Shown in pieces: positions 22,787 to 34,620 of a DNA stretch of 64,000 bases. The translations under genes were made by a program, and so were the position numbers. The stretch's first letter is position 1. Every line of letters starts with the position of its first letter. This DNA comes from Squalus acanthias (Eukaryota), in contig CM059432.1 in NCBI GenBank assembly GCA_030390025.1, forward strand, positions 45,324,001 to 45,388,000, written 5' to 3'. A model generated the notes under the pieces. It ran no database searches and was not told where the DNA came from. It saw only the letters and a list, made by a program, of their open reading frames with translations.

Positions 22787-24385
22787 GGCCATGATTTCTC
22801 CTACCTCGGCGGGTCCGTGGCGGGTGACGGGTCCCGGCCTCGCTGCTGGCTCCAGCCCACTGTCCAAAATGATTTTCTCCTGATTGGGCTTGTTAAGCGC
22901 GCCCAATGCATTTGCCGGACGATTGAAGGAAGCGGGTCTGATGACATCATTTGATGATGCGTTATCACCCGGTTTCCTTAAAGGGACCATGCGCAAATTG
23001 ATTTTGACAGTTATGCTGTCAGTGTTCTGCAGGATTGAGGTACTACAAACACTGACAAGCACTGCACAGAGGTGCACGGCTGCACCCAGGCTCTCCCATG
23101 ACTTCCTCCATATGCTTATGGAGGGAGTCACAGCATGCAGGGAGGTTCTCTTCCCTTCCAATGGGCAGAAGAGACCTCCCCAGGAGATCAACACAGCCTG
23201 GTTCAACATTGCACAGGAAGACACAAGCAGGGATGTCATCAGGACAACCAGGCTGCAGTGGCGCAAACCTTTCAATGATCTCAGTAGATCACAAAACGTT
23301 ACTGCCAAGCCACACTCAACCTCATCCTGTTGTGCCACTAATCACATCCCCATCACTCTGCCTTCCCTACCGTACTCCTGCACATCCTCACTCACACCAA
23401 CTTATCTTGCACCTCCACCCATCCCTCTCTATCTACATTATCATTTCCCCATCTCATTAGCCACCCCTCACACTCACCCTCATCCTAGTCCAATCATACC
23501 AACTAATAACACACAAGTGTAGGCACTTGGGTGTTTTAGCCAATGTTCATGTAAAGTTTCTGTTAATGTGGTGTCAAACATTGAAACCTTTATTTTTAAC
23601 ACTTTGCGTTCTTGGACAGATTTGTGTGCACTTTTGGAAGTGGCTTAGTGAGTTGCAGTGAATGGTGAGACATAACGATAACCCCTGCAATAGTGATGAG
23701 TGTGAAAGTAATGGCTTGGCCATTGTAGGGATGCTTTATGGTGTTGATGTGGGGTAGTGCCAACCTGGTGCATCATGTGGCAGCCAGGGTGTACAGCGAC
23801 AAGTGAAGTAAATCTGGCCATGGTGAGGCCATCACTGGCCTCCCGGGCAGCAATGTGGTCGGGTGCTGATGCCCTCTGTCCTGTGCAGCATCAGTTGTTG
23901 GTGCTGCTGGTGTTGGGGCTGATTGTGGTGGGATTCTGAGGACCAAGGTGAGATAGTTTCAAGTGCACTGATGCTGATGTAATAGATGGCAGGTGAAGTG
24001 AGATGACAGAAGTGATCTGTCAATGGTGATAGAGGTTGTTCCAATGAGGTGACACTGGATAGAGAGTTTACTCCAAACACTTGCAACCTGCATAAAGCTC
24101 AATCTGTTTTCCAAATGCAGTAAGCAACAGCTTCTGAGCTTGGAAAGTGAACAGCTGTGAGATGGGAGCTTTTATAGCACATTTGCAGCTGTCAAGTAAT
24201 GAGATGATTCTATGATCTGACAACTCCGGACCTGCTTACCTGACATGATCCCCAGAGCAGCGTAGATCCCGTGGGTGACCTTGTAAAATGTAAAGCTGAG
24301 CTCAAAATACTTCTTAATGGACTGTTAACAAGGTCATAATGACCTGAATTGCCTGCCCTGCTGCAGCGTGTAGGGTCTGTTCATC
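22787..24385 (+). mobile_element. Non-autonomous Harbinger, copy 2 (right end truncated; Myb/SANT segment open)
   Basis: Left end GGCCATGATTTCTCC. The ORF at 22884-23522 contains AAPRLSHDFLHMLMEGVTACREVLFP...AWFNIAQE...RLQWRKPFNDL. Colinear with copy 1. Confidence 0.8.
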
Positions 24386-25521
24386 AAATTAAAGTAATGT
24401 TTCCGTTCCTCGTGTGTTTTATGCCTAATTAAACTACATAATTGGAGAATAATTTGAACTAACTGACTGAAATGTGTAGACTTTTCAGCGGTTCAGCAAG
24501 GCCACAATCCGGAGTTGTAACAATAACCCTTGCTGATATTTCAGCGGTAACTGCAAAACGAATCATTTTACTTTATATTGTAATGCGCTTTAGAATGCAT
24601 GCATCCAGATTGCACTTAAGCCTAATTTTTATAGGAATGGGAAAGTCATTTAACATCTTACACAGTAAAAGGAATATGTTGTACAATAACAGCCTTTGGG
24701 CGAGTTTGATTCGTTTTTTTGGATCATCAGTAATACCATTGTAATTTGTTAATCAAGCAAAACAACTTCTTTTCTGAGCACTTTCGTTAGTCAAGGCTAA
24801 GTGTGACGTCTCATGCATAATTTACAAATGTCACCAAAACTAGCGTGTTATGTTCTCAAATTATTTTGAAGTGCTTAATCAGCAGTCCTTCATCGCCACA
24901 GACTTTGGAAAAGCTGTAAACTCCTTTGGTACAATAGTCCCGCCTCTTTGCCGTTAAATTTGCATTGAAGATTACGCGTTCAGGGTAAACAATTAAAATC
25001 AACAGCAAAATAAATCTTCTAGTTTGCAATACGGTACCGCTGTTCAGTTTTGCTTTTGCATATGGCACTCCGAAAGTGTTACAGTGATGGATGTCAAATT
25101 ATAATGTATTTATAATTTATAATTTAAAATTAGATAATTTTTCTTGACTTTGACATCACTTCATACCTGATGGAGAAGCTTCTTTACTTGCCTGTTGTAT
25201 AATGTAATGATTGCACCCCAGGCACAACAACATTGAACATTGAAGGTGGGCTCCAGCCTTTCATTATGAAAAATACCCACTGATTTATTGATAGATCCAC
25301 GCTTTACAGCTTGATGAATTACATGAGCACACAAAACAAGTTTAATATTCTTTCTCCACACCGTCTTTGGTTTTGGATCAGTGAGTTCGTTTTCCAATAA
25401 CAAATGATTTCCAATATAACCCGATCGATCCTGTGTCGAGGTGATAAAGTTATCCTTCGGGATATGTACGATTGTGATCCGGAGTTGTGATGAGACTGAA
25501 ACTGCTCTGATTTTTATCATT

Positions 25522-25557
25522 CCATATAAGGATATTCGATACATTAGTGACGTCACT
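25522..25557. promoter_or_regulatory. Candidate enhancer: CArG box plus palindromic CRE
   Basis: CCATATAAGG (25522-25531) and AGTGACGTCACT (25546-25557) in unique, CpG-retaining sequence. Confidence 0.45.
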
Positions 25558-26359
25558 GGTAGGGGAGGGACTTACAGGCTTCACATTAAGGAAGGGAAAC
25601 CACTCCAAAAAGACCACAAAACGATATCACTTACCACATAATCCTGACATAATACAATATTTTCCTGATCATTATTCTTCGCCCCTTCAAATTTGTGATG
25701 TGGTTATGTGGCCTATACAGCTGCAGACATATTTCCTTCGCGTATGTGTGTGTGTGTGTGTGCTTTAACACAGCACCGGAAAGTAATAGAAGTAAGATCA
25801 CATTTATAATCCCGGGGAGACCTCAAAGAATTCGCTGCTGAACTGCCCTGTCGTTCTGCCTGTGTCTGTATTAATTTCGAGTAAGACCTACTAAATACAT
25901 ATCGGCTTGAAAACTTATCTTGGTGCAGATAGTGCAACATTGCACGTAGGTGTTGATTTTGGTCCCTTAGTTACTTTTGAGTTAAGAGTACGTTTGAAAA
26001 TCTCTCTAAAATTAGTGGTGAGCATCAAAACTCGCTTGATTGGCTATGAGTGGGTAAAAAAACAATTTAGAAGAACAGCAGAGAACAAGTAACGAGAACA
26101 TTTCAATTTAAAAAGATAAAAAACGGAAGAAATGATAAACACGTTTTACTTGATTTTTAACTGCAGAAAAAAATAGAAAAGGGCATACAATATTTAGTGG
26201 GATCTCACTACAGAGTGACGCTGAGCCGACTTATCTAAATGAGTACTCATTAACAGGTGGCGTTATATAATTTGGATATATGTCCGGAAAATATATATGG
26301 ATGGACAGAACCAGTAAATAATGGAGTAGAATCTGCTGAGGCAAAAGGACTAGAGCTAG

Positions 26360-27331
26360 GAATCATAGAATCATAGAAGATAGGAGCAGGAGTAGGCCAT
26401 TCGGCCCCTCGAGCCTGCTCCACCATTCAATGAGATCATGGCTGATCATCCAAATTCAGTACCCTGTCCCTGCTTTCTCCCCATATCCCTTGATCCCTTT
26501 AGTCTTAAGAAATATATCTAACTCCTTCTTGAATATATTATGAGTTGGCCTCAACTGCCTTCTGTGGTAGAGAATTCCACAGGTTCACCACTCTTTGGGT
26601 GAGAAATTCCTCCTCATCTCTGTCCTAAATGGCTTACCCCTTATCCTTAGACTGTGACCCCTGGTTCTGGACTCCCCCGCCATCAGGAACATCCTTCCTG
26701 CATCTAGTCTGTCTAGTCCTGTTAGAATTTTATAAGTTTCAATGAGATCCCCTCTCATTCTTCTAAACTCCAGCAAGTATAAGCCCAATCGACCCAATCT
26801 CTCCTCATATGTCATTCCTGCCATCCCAGGTATCAGTCTGGTGAATCTTCGCTGCACTCCCTCCATGGCAAGAACATCCTTCCTCAGATAAGGCGACCAA
26901 AACTGCACACAATACTCAAGATGTGGTCTCACCAAGGCTCTGTACAACTGCAGCAAGACATCCTTGTTCCTGTACTCGAACCCTCTCGCTACGAAGGCCA
27001 ACATACCATTTGCCTTCTTAACCGCCTGCTGCACCTGCATGCTTACCTTCAGCGACTGCTGCACAAGGACACCAAGGTCTCGTTGCACTTCCCCTTCTCC
27101 CAATCTATTGCCATTCAGATAATAATCTGCCTTCCTGTTTTTGCCACCAAAGTGAATGACCTTGCATTTATCCACATTGTACTGCATTTGCCATGCATCT
27201 GCCCAATCACCCAACCTATCCAAATCATACTGGAGTTTCTCGGCATCCTCCTCACAGCACACACGCCCACCCAGCTTTGTGTCGTCTGCAAACTTTGAGA
27301 TATTACATCTAGTTCCCTAGTCTAGATCATT
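26360..27331 (-). mobile_element. CR1 LINE 3' part
   Basis: 225-aa ORF at 26585-27262 (WQMQYNVDKC, LVRPHLEYCVQFWSP) with an (ATTCTATG)n tail. Confidence 0.92.
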
Positions 27332-28371
27332 AGACGATCTGGAAGCTGGATGCAAGATTTTTTTTTAAGAGTTCGGGTGTTAAGAAAGTAAAGGTGAGTG
27401 GGGGCAGATCTTGGAGGACCCATCAATAGACAGAGCAATGGAGAACCAAGTCAGGTGTCTAGCGAACAGTAAAATATAAAGTGAAGGAAACAGAAGTGAG
27501 AGGTGAATAGAACGGTAATAGAGAAAGAGATATGATGAGGAAATGTAATAAATCAAGAAAGACAAAAATGAGACATTTTTGAAATGTAAAATCAGTTGAG
27601 AAGAACGACAGAAAACAAGTAACGAGAAAAGTTTGCATTTAAAAAGTGTGGAAAGGAAGAACTATTAATAAACACGTTTACATGATTTTTCAACTGCAAA
27701 AATAAAATGAGAAAAACAATGGTTAATGGGATCTCACTGCGGAGTGAAGCTGATAGCCAAGTTATTTGGATAATTGGTTTCTATGTGAGTTCCATTACTG
27801 ACTATCAGGTGGCTGTTTAAACAACACATAGCTTGTAAACACTCAGTAAGTAGAAAGGCGTGTAATGAGGGGTCATAAAAGGGTAACGACATACATTACT
27901 TTTCCCCAGTTACAGTGGTTTTCAAAGCGCTTCGTAGAATGCATATATTCTCAAACACGGCTTGTATGGTTGTTTTATGGCTGCACTGTGTCAACATTTG
28001 AAAGAGTATTGTAGCTTTTCTCTTACGATTGAGAGTGATGATCTTGGATATTTGCGTATCGGAAATTATTATTTAAATAACATAAACAGGAAAAATTGAG
28101 AACCTGGACGCATAACATCGCGGTGGATGAGCCGTTCCCATATTAGACATATTCAGGAAGTTACAAGCTTGGGCTAAAGGGTTAACTCAGGAGAGATATG
28201 CGATCTTCGTAACTGTTGGTAAGATTAGATTTACTATCACCAGTTCTTGAAGCAGACGATTGAATAATTTTCATTGTAGCACTTCGAATATATAAAAGCA
28301 CGCAGGTATCTTTACATGCATGCATGGACATATTAACATCCCTGCATTAATATACGGATACATGTATACAC

Positions 28372-29168
28372 TAATGCAGATGGAGTTCAATGTTGGGGAG
28401 TGTGAGGTCATCCACTTTATTTCTGAGAAAGGCAAATTGAATATTTTCATAATGGTGGGAGACTAGGAGCTGTGGATGTGCAATGAGAGTGGTGTCCATG
28501 TACACAAATCACTAAAAGCTAGCACACAATTACAAAGGTAATCAAAAAGACTTGGAATGTTGTCCTTTATCTCAAGGAGGTTAGAATTGAAAAGTGAGGA
28601 AGTGATGCTTCAGTTGCACAGAGCCTTGGTCAGACCCCATCTGTAGTACTGCCTTCAGTTTTGGGCAGAAAACCCCAGTAAATATATATATTGGCCTTGG
28701 AGAAGGTACAGCGCAAATCCACCAAAATTATACCAGGGCTTAAAGAGTTAAATTATCAGGACGAGTTACATAAACTTAATTTGTATTCCCTTGGGTTTAG
28801 AAAGTTAGTTAGGGGGATATGTCTGATTGAGGTCTTTAAATTGATAAAGATATTTGAAAGGGTAGATGCAGAGAAACTGTTTCCTCTTGTGGGAGGATCT
28901 AGAACAAGAGGACATAATCTTAAAATTAGAGCTAGGCCAATTTGGAGTGAAATCCGGAAGCACTTTTTTCACAAAGGGTAATGGAAATCTGAAACTCGCT
29001 CCCCCAAAAGGCTGTGGATGCTGGGTCAATTGCAATTTTCAAGAGATCATTAGATTTTTGTTAGGTAATGTTATGAGGGGATCTGGGTAAATGGAGTTGG
29101 GATACATGTCCAATTAAATGGCGAAACAGGCTGGAGGAGCTGTATGGCCTGCTCCTGCTCCTATGTTC
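28372..29168 (+). mobile_element. Older CR1 LINE 3' part
   Basis: Degenerate ALEKVQRK...LIEVFK...SRTRGHNLK and tail GGCCTGCTCCTGCTCCTATGTT. Confidence 0.85.
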
Positions 29169-29197
29169 CCAATGCAATATTTGTCGCTATTTCCTCA

Positions 29198-29305
29198 GAA
29201 CTGATGAAAGGTCATCGACCTGAAACGTTAACTCTGTTTCTCTCTCCACAGATGCTACCCGACCTGCTGAGTATTTCCAGCATTTTCTGTTTTTCTTTCA
29301 TCTCA
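29198..29305 (+). mobile_element. Short Penelope-derived element with an intact hammerhead motif
   Basis: CTGATGA (29201-29207), stem AGGTC-ATC-GACCT, GAAAC and palindromic AACGTT, then ACAGATGCT...CTGCTGAGTATTTCCAGCATTTTCTG. Degraded relatives at ~15470-15590 (-), ~18050-18150 (+) and ~47490-47525 (-). Confidence 0.8.
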
Positions 29306-29519
29306 GTACTGTTTTTGTCGGGAAAAGAGGAAATAAATTCAATTAAGCATTTACTGAGAATTAAGTACATCACTCTGTTAGGGACATTCATCTGATTAAT
29401 TACCATACGTGTAGGAAAGGGCGGAAATCCATCTCATTAACTGTATGTGAATGAACGAAAGGGCAGTTATCTGAGCTGTATATCGTGGAAAGGGAGATCT
29501 AAATGTTTATTTACTGTAC

Positions 29520-30245
29520 GTGTAGTAATAATTTAATGAACCATCCTCCTTTTTCTACCTATTCGTGAATAATCAGATGCAGCTCCTCCCTCTCCTGTGT
29601 ATAGAGAGAACAGTTAACGAGATGGATGCTCCTCCTCCTCTGTATATCGTGAATAGCTGTTCAGATGCACGTTTCTTTCTCTTCTATACATAAAACGGAT
29701 ATAAAATGCATTCCCACCCTCTCCCAATCATACAGTTAATGAGACGTATGTCTCTTGCTCTCCTACACATGGGGCATGCATACCATTAAGTATTGACACT
29801 ATCTCTCCGGCGTAGTGAATAATTAGATGCGTGCCGTGCCCGCTCCTACATATCGAGTGAACAGTTCATACGATGTCCCCTCCCTCTCCTGTACATGGTA
29901 AGTAGTTAATCTCCGCCCTCTCTTACACATACCGTGAGTGGCTAATAAGTTCCCAGTGCCTCCCACTCTTGCATATACAGTGAACAATTAATCAAATGCA
30001 TTCGCCTCTATTTCCCACGCATGAAGTCAATGGTTAATAATATGCATCAGTCTTTTGCTCTTATAGTTAGAGTGAAGCGTCAATGAAATGTACGCCGTCG
30101 CCTCTCCTGCAGATAAAGTAACTTATCTGGGCTAAACGTCCGTCCTCGCCAATGCTTTTCATTATAGTGACTAGTTAACGAAGTGTGGATGCTCCTCCTT
30201 CCCCTTAATAAGGTACGAGCCCTTGCCTCTGCATACGATGACTAG
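29520..30245. repeat. Degenerate tandem array, unit ~42-46 bp, roughly 15 units
   Basis: Recurrent pattern GTGAA(C/T)AGTTAAT-GAGATGCAT-(C/T-rich CCTCCCTCTCCT)-RYATA, aligned by eye. Confidence 0.7.
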
Positions 30246-30259
30246 TCCATGATGTGACC

Positions 30260-30518
30260 GTTGGTGGCTTTGCCTTGGCGACCAGTGCTTTCCGCTCACC
30301 TGCCGCAGCTGCCAGCCGCGTGGTGGCAGCTGGCTGGGAAGAGTGACGCGTGCGCACTGCGCTCGGAGGGCTGGGCTCCGGCGCACGAGCCGCATTTAGA
30401 GGGCGCGCGCTGGCAGGGGCCGCTCAGATTGAAAGTGACAGAGCAGGGCAGCGCGGCGCCAGGCAGCTCCGCTTGAAACCTCCACAGTACAGGCAACTGG
30501 TAGCAGCACCGAGCAACC
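30260..30518 (+). promoter_or_regulatory. GC/CpG-rich calb1 promoter and 5' UTR
   Basis: Local CpG-rich segment directly upstream of the ATG. Contains two CAGCTG E-boxes, TGACGCGT (CRE half-site), TGCGCACTGCGC and a weak TATA-like CATTTAGA near 30393. Kozak context ACCATGG. Confidence 0.65.
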
Positions 30519-30606
30519 ATGGCAGACACACACAGCCTTTACCTCCAAGGGATTGAAGACTCCACCACGCAGTTTTTGGAAATTTGGCGCCACTATGATA
30601 ATGCTG
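30519..30606 (+). CDS. calb1: Calbindin 1 coding exon 1
   Basis: MADTHSLYLQGIEDSTTQFLEIWRHYDNA(G). The LQG(I/V)E..QF.EIW.HYD pattern is calbindin-D28k type. Phase-1 GT donor at 30607. Confidence 0.9.
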
Positions 30607-30932
30607 GTAACGCTATCGTTTTCTTTTCAAATCAACGAATGTGCAAAGTCAATACTTTTAGGTCAATTTGTAAGAATGTTTTCATGGCTATTTTATGAAA
30701 CAAATTATATACACTGTTTGAACAATAAATGCCAAAAATAACTAGTTTAATTTCATTCGCATGCTGTCAAAGCGTTGGAATAACTGAAATGCAAAATGTC
30801 AAATATTTGTTTTTACATTAGAAATGAAACCTGATTGCATAAAGTGGGAAATGCGTGTACATCTAATCTGATTACGTAGACATAAAACTGTTTTAACTTT
30901 GTTGTAACTGAAAATGTAATTTATTGTTTTAG

Positions 30933-31009
30933 GTCATGGTTATATTGAGGGAAGAGAACTGCAAAATTTCATTCGAGAACTTCAACAAGCTCGAAAAGGC
31001 ACTGGCTTA
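30933..31009 (+). CDS. calb1: Calbindin 1 exon 2 (77 bp)
   Basis: ttttag acceptor; (G)HGYIEGRELQNFIRELQQARKGTGL; gtaagt donor. Confidence 0.95.
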
Positions 31010-32671
31010 GTAAGTGTTTAACGAACTTTAAGGCAATTATATTTAGTAGAATAAACACATCGCGCAACATCAAATTATCCAGATGTATATGTGCAGATAC
31101 ACAATAAAAGGCAGAAAGGCTGATTGCAATCAGGGTAATACAGCCAATTTTAGGTTTGCAAAGACATGATTGTCGTTTGATAACGTAAATGCAACTTGTT
31201 TGGATTTTGCTTGGTTCCAAAGACTGGGTGCGTGGCCGTTTCTCGATGGTGGAAGCCACGAAAACTGAATAGCTGCAGAAATATCTCCGTCTCTGAAAGC
31301 GACGGGACATACAATGATGACATTATTTTTTGACGTTTACTTTTAGGTGGGAGCATTTTTCCTGCTGTCTTTCTCTAATGTTTTCGCTGATGCGGAGACC
31401 AGAAATACCCAATTACTGCTGGTTGGGCCAACCATCAGCCTAAACACCTCACACTGGCTACATCTGGATTCTGGATGTCACCTAAACACTACTGTATTTC
31501 TACTTTAACAAGGCGTGAACAAATAGCCAAATCTACTTCTCAGTGACAAAGTTACTGTCTAATCCTTTCTCTCTGGCTCCACATCAGGTGATTATTAGAT
31601 AGCGTCGGCACTGCCGAAACTCTCAATAGAGTGTGATTCAATGGTGATTGGATTGCTACCATTGCAAACAGTTATAGATCAGAGATCATCAAATAGATTT
31701 TACTCACGGAGTGTGTTTCTCGGGTAAAGGCATCCAGGAATTAAAGAATTGCAAATATTGGAACAATTAAATAAATTGATGAAATATTATCCTACATTTA
31801 GCGCGTTAACACGTTTGCTAACAGTGAGGTTGATATATATATATATAAATTTGAATTACAGCTAATAAAACCCAGATGTATGGCACCAATGTAATGTAAC
31901 CACCACAGCGGCAAAAATTGGACATTGTGCGCTACTGTTTGTTTCCTTGACTACAGACTCCAGCGGTAGTAATAAAAGGGACTCGGTTATTAATACTGAC
32001 AATGCCTGGTAGCGAGACTCAATCGCTGCAATTATGTGCCATTGTTTAGTATTCCAAATAATTTGTCACTGATTTTGAACAGTATCTCTCCACTCTTCCA
32101 CTCGACACGCACCCAGTGAATGAACAGCAGCGTTTTTGTTAATGCTTTATGTTCATTTGATTATTTTCCGAACGGATTCTCATCATGTTAAAATACTTCT
32201 GCTGGAGTGGGTCTGAGAACGCACCTGGGCGCGACAGAAACGAAATGGACAAGTTAATTAGAAATCAAAGCTTCAGATTTAATAAACAGAATGCAACCCC
32301 CATGGCAACTTCCTTTAAAAGCTCTTGCGTACATACTTGTGCATCGCCCTCTTGCCCTAACTTAATAGCATGAATGAAAAAGTTAACTAGTTGAAGTGAT
32401 TTCTATTGTGTATAATCCAATCTAAGGCGTTATATATTGTTTTGGTAATAATTAAGAAAACGTGTTTAATTGTTTTAGTATTTTTCAAATCTTCTTTCCA
32501 TTCCACATCTTTGCTGTTACCTAACTATGCAGCATGAGAACAATGTTTATTTTATGCACCCCCACATTTTATTCAATTATGTACTTTTCCTGTACACAGA
32601 CTAAATAGTGTTGTGTAGGCCGGTATACTGTTGGTATGTTTGGTAACAGGACTAACATGATCAATCCGTAG

Positions 32672-32746
32672 GAATTATCTGACGGGATGAAAGCTTTGGT
32701 GGAGAAGTACGATCAGAGTGCTGATGGAAAGATAGAGCTGGCAGAC
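32672..32746 (+). CDS. calb1: Calbindin 1 exon 3 (75 bp)
   Basis: ACTAAC branch point at 32651 and tag acceptor; ELSDGMKALVEKYDQSADGKIELAD; gtaaga donor. The 25-codon length matches CALB1 rather than the longer CALB2 segment. Confidence 0.95.
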
Positions 32747-34620
32747 GTAAGAATCTCCCATTTGCTTTAACTTTTATCACATTTATGCTGAAACTTTCAG
32801 AATAAATTAATGTGGAGAAAGTTTGATCTCACTGTCGCTTCAATAAACATGTTGCTGCTTACCGTGACTTGTCTTTTACCCCAACTTTAATACCAACAGT
32901 ACAATATTGATATTCCTGTGAAACTCTTTGTGATAGCATTTTGATTTTCAAAACATTAAACATCTTTAGATACATTATGGATGAGATTCAGTGCCAATTT
33001 CTATAGAGCTACTCGCATTTAAAACATTATAAATAGCACAAAGAAATTCAAACAAATCCAAGCAATCAAGAACAGTGTTGTGCAGATCCTAACAGATCCA
33101 ATTTGCACTGTTTTACATCATATATCCATGAATCCCAATCTCAAATAAACTTTTAAATGTCATTAGCAGCCACTTCACAAATTTAAAGTCACATTCTTAT
33201 TCTCAAACTTTGACAACCTTGACTGTATGCTTCGGCCTGCAGTAAATAACAAATATCCATTAAATAACACATCGCATGTTTACAATACATGGGCATGATG
33301 GTTCAGTGAGTTGGCTTGGTAAGGAAACTAGCTTTTGCCTGCAGTTTCATTTATGTTAAGTTCTTGGATCTTGGCTGTCTCATCAGCAGAAGCATTGAGC
33401 AGAAATGAAGCATTTCCCACAAGGAATGAAGAACAATTTAAGACTGAGTCACCTCCGGACACAATGTCCAGTGGTTGGATACAGACTATTATTGGCAGAA
33501 GTCTAACAGCAGATCACTTGTCTGTGCCCCCAATGGTATATTGCCATGGGAGCCATAAAGAGAAGAATAAAATGAATTGAAATTGGCAGAAATAATAAGA
33601 GAAATAATTATTAATACACAATAGTGTCAGATGGAAAAAAAACTTCAGAATGCATTCAAACAGCCTAACATCATAATTGTAACATATTTTCAAAACCTCA
33701 ATTCTCAGTAAAGGAGTCACAATCTGAATCAAAATCCCAACTGGGATTTGTCCAAAATGTTAAGAATGGTTGGAACAAAAGTAATTATTTTATTCTGTAC
33801 AGTTTTCAATGAAATATAAAAAGTAAATGTACTGACAATTTTTGCACCAGTTTCATAATTTTTTGACTTTAAATGAGATATGCCAAAACCATCTACTGTG
33901 ACCTAGATTAATATTTATATTTGAGGAAAAAGGTCTCCTGTCTCCGTGGGCTACTGTTCTCAAAAGAAAATGAGTTTAGACAGTCGGAATCAAATACCAG
34001 TAGGCATGCATCTGTATCATAAACTACCCTCATTCTGGCATAAATTTAACAATTTGCAGCTAGGTGTCAAAAGGTGACCTTAGGAAATAATGTCATGTCA
34101 TGCTGGTGCATCAAAGGGTTTGCTTGTGAGGTTCGTAGATCAGATGTGTTGTCAGGACAACACAGAGCTCTACAGTACACGCAAGTCCTAACTGGCTAGA
34201 TAAATTCTAGGGCATAAATCAGGATTATGAAATATAGCAAACACTCTCAATGTATTACATTGATTATTTAAGGGGCTCGGGAGTTGATATGTGCAATAGC
34301 AAACCTAGAAATGTCTGATCTTGAAGTGGGGAAAATGCCTTTTCTCCGTATAATCTACCTGCACATTGATGAATATATAAATATTTAAATTGTTGTGGCA
34401 ATGATTTTATCAAAACATGAATAAAATTGCCTAATTTTTCAGATAGTACTAATGCAGGGTGGTTGAAAGTAATGACAAGGAGGAGACACAAGGGAGTGGC
34501 AGTGTTATGGAATGCTATACCCTTTTGATTAAGCTATACAGTTTTATATTTTTATCATTTATGTCAATTGAAGGAATTAATTGGAAAACCAAGTGTTAAT
34601 CTAATCTAATATTTTTCTAG

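Noticed and set aside
25161..25556. 131-aa minus-strand ORF ending near a CAG|GTATGA donor-like site
   Set aside because: No recognisable domain and no partner exons found. Its ORF start overlaps the CRE palindrome. It may be non-coding or a lncRNA.
29520..30245. CRISPR-like repeat-spacer array
   Set aside because: Units are degenerate along their whole length, there are no identical repeats with unique spacers and no cas genes, and the context is eukaryotic.
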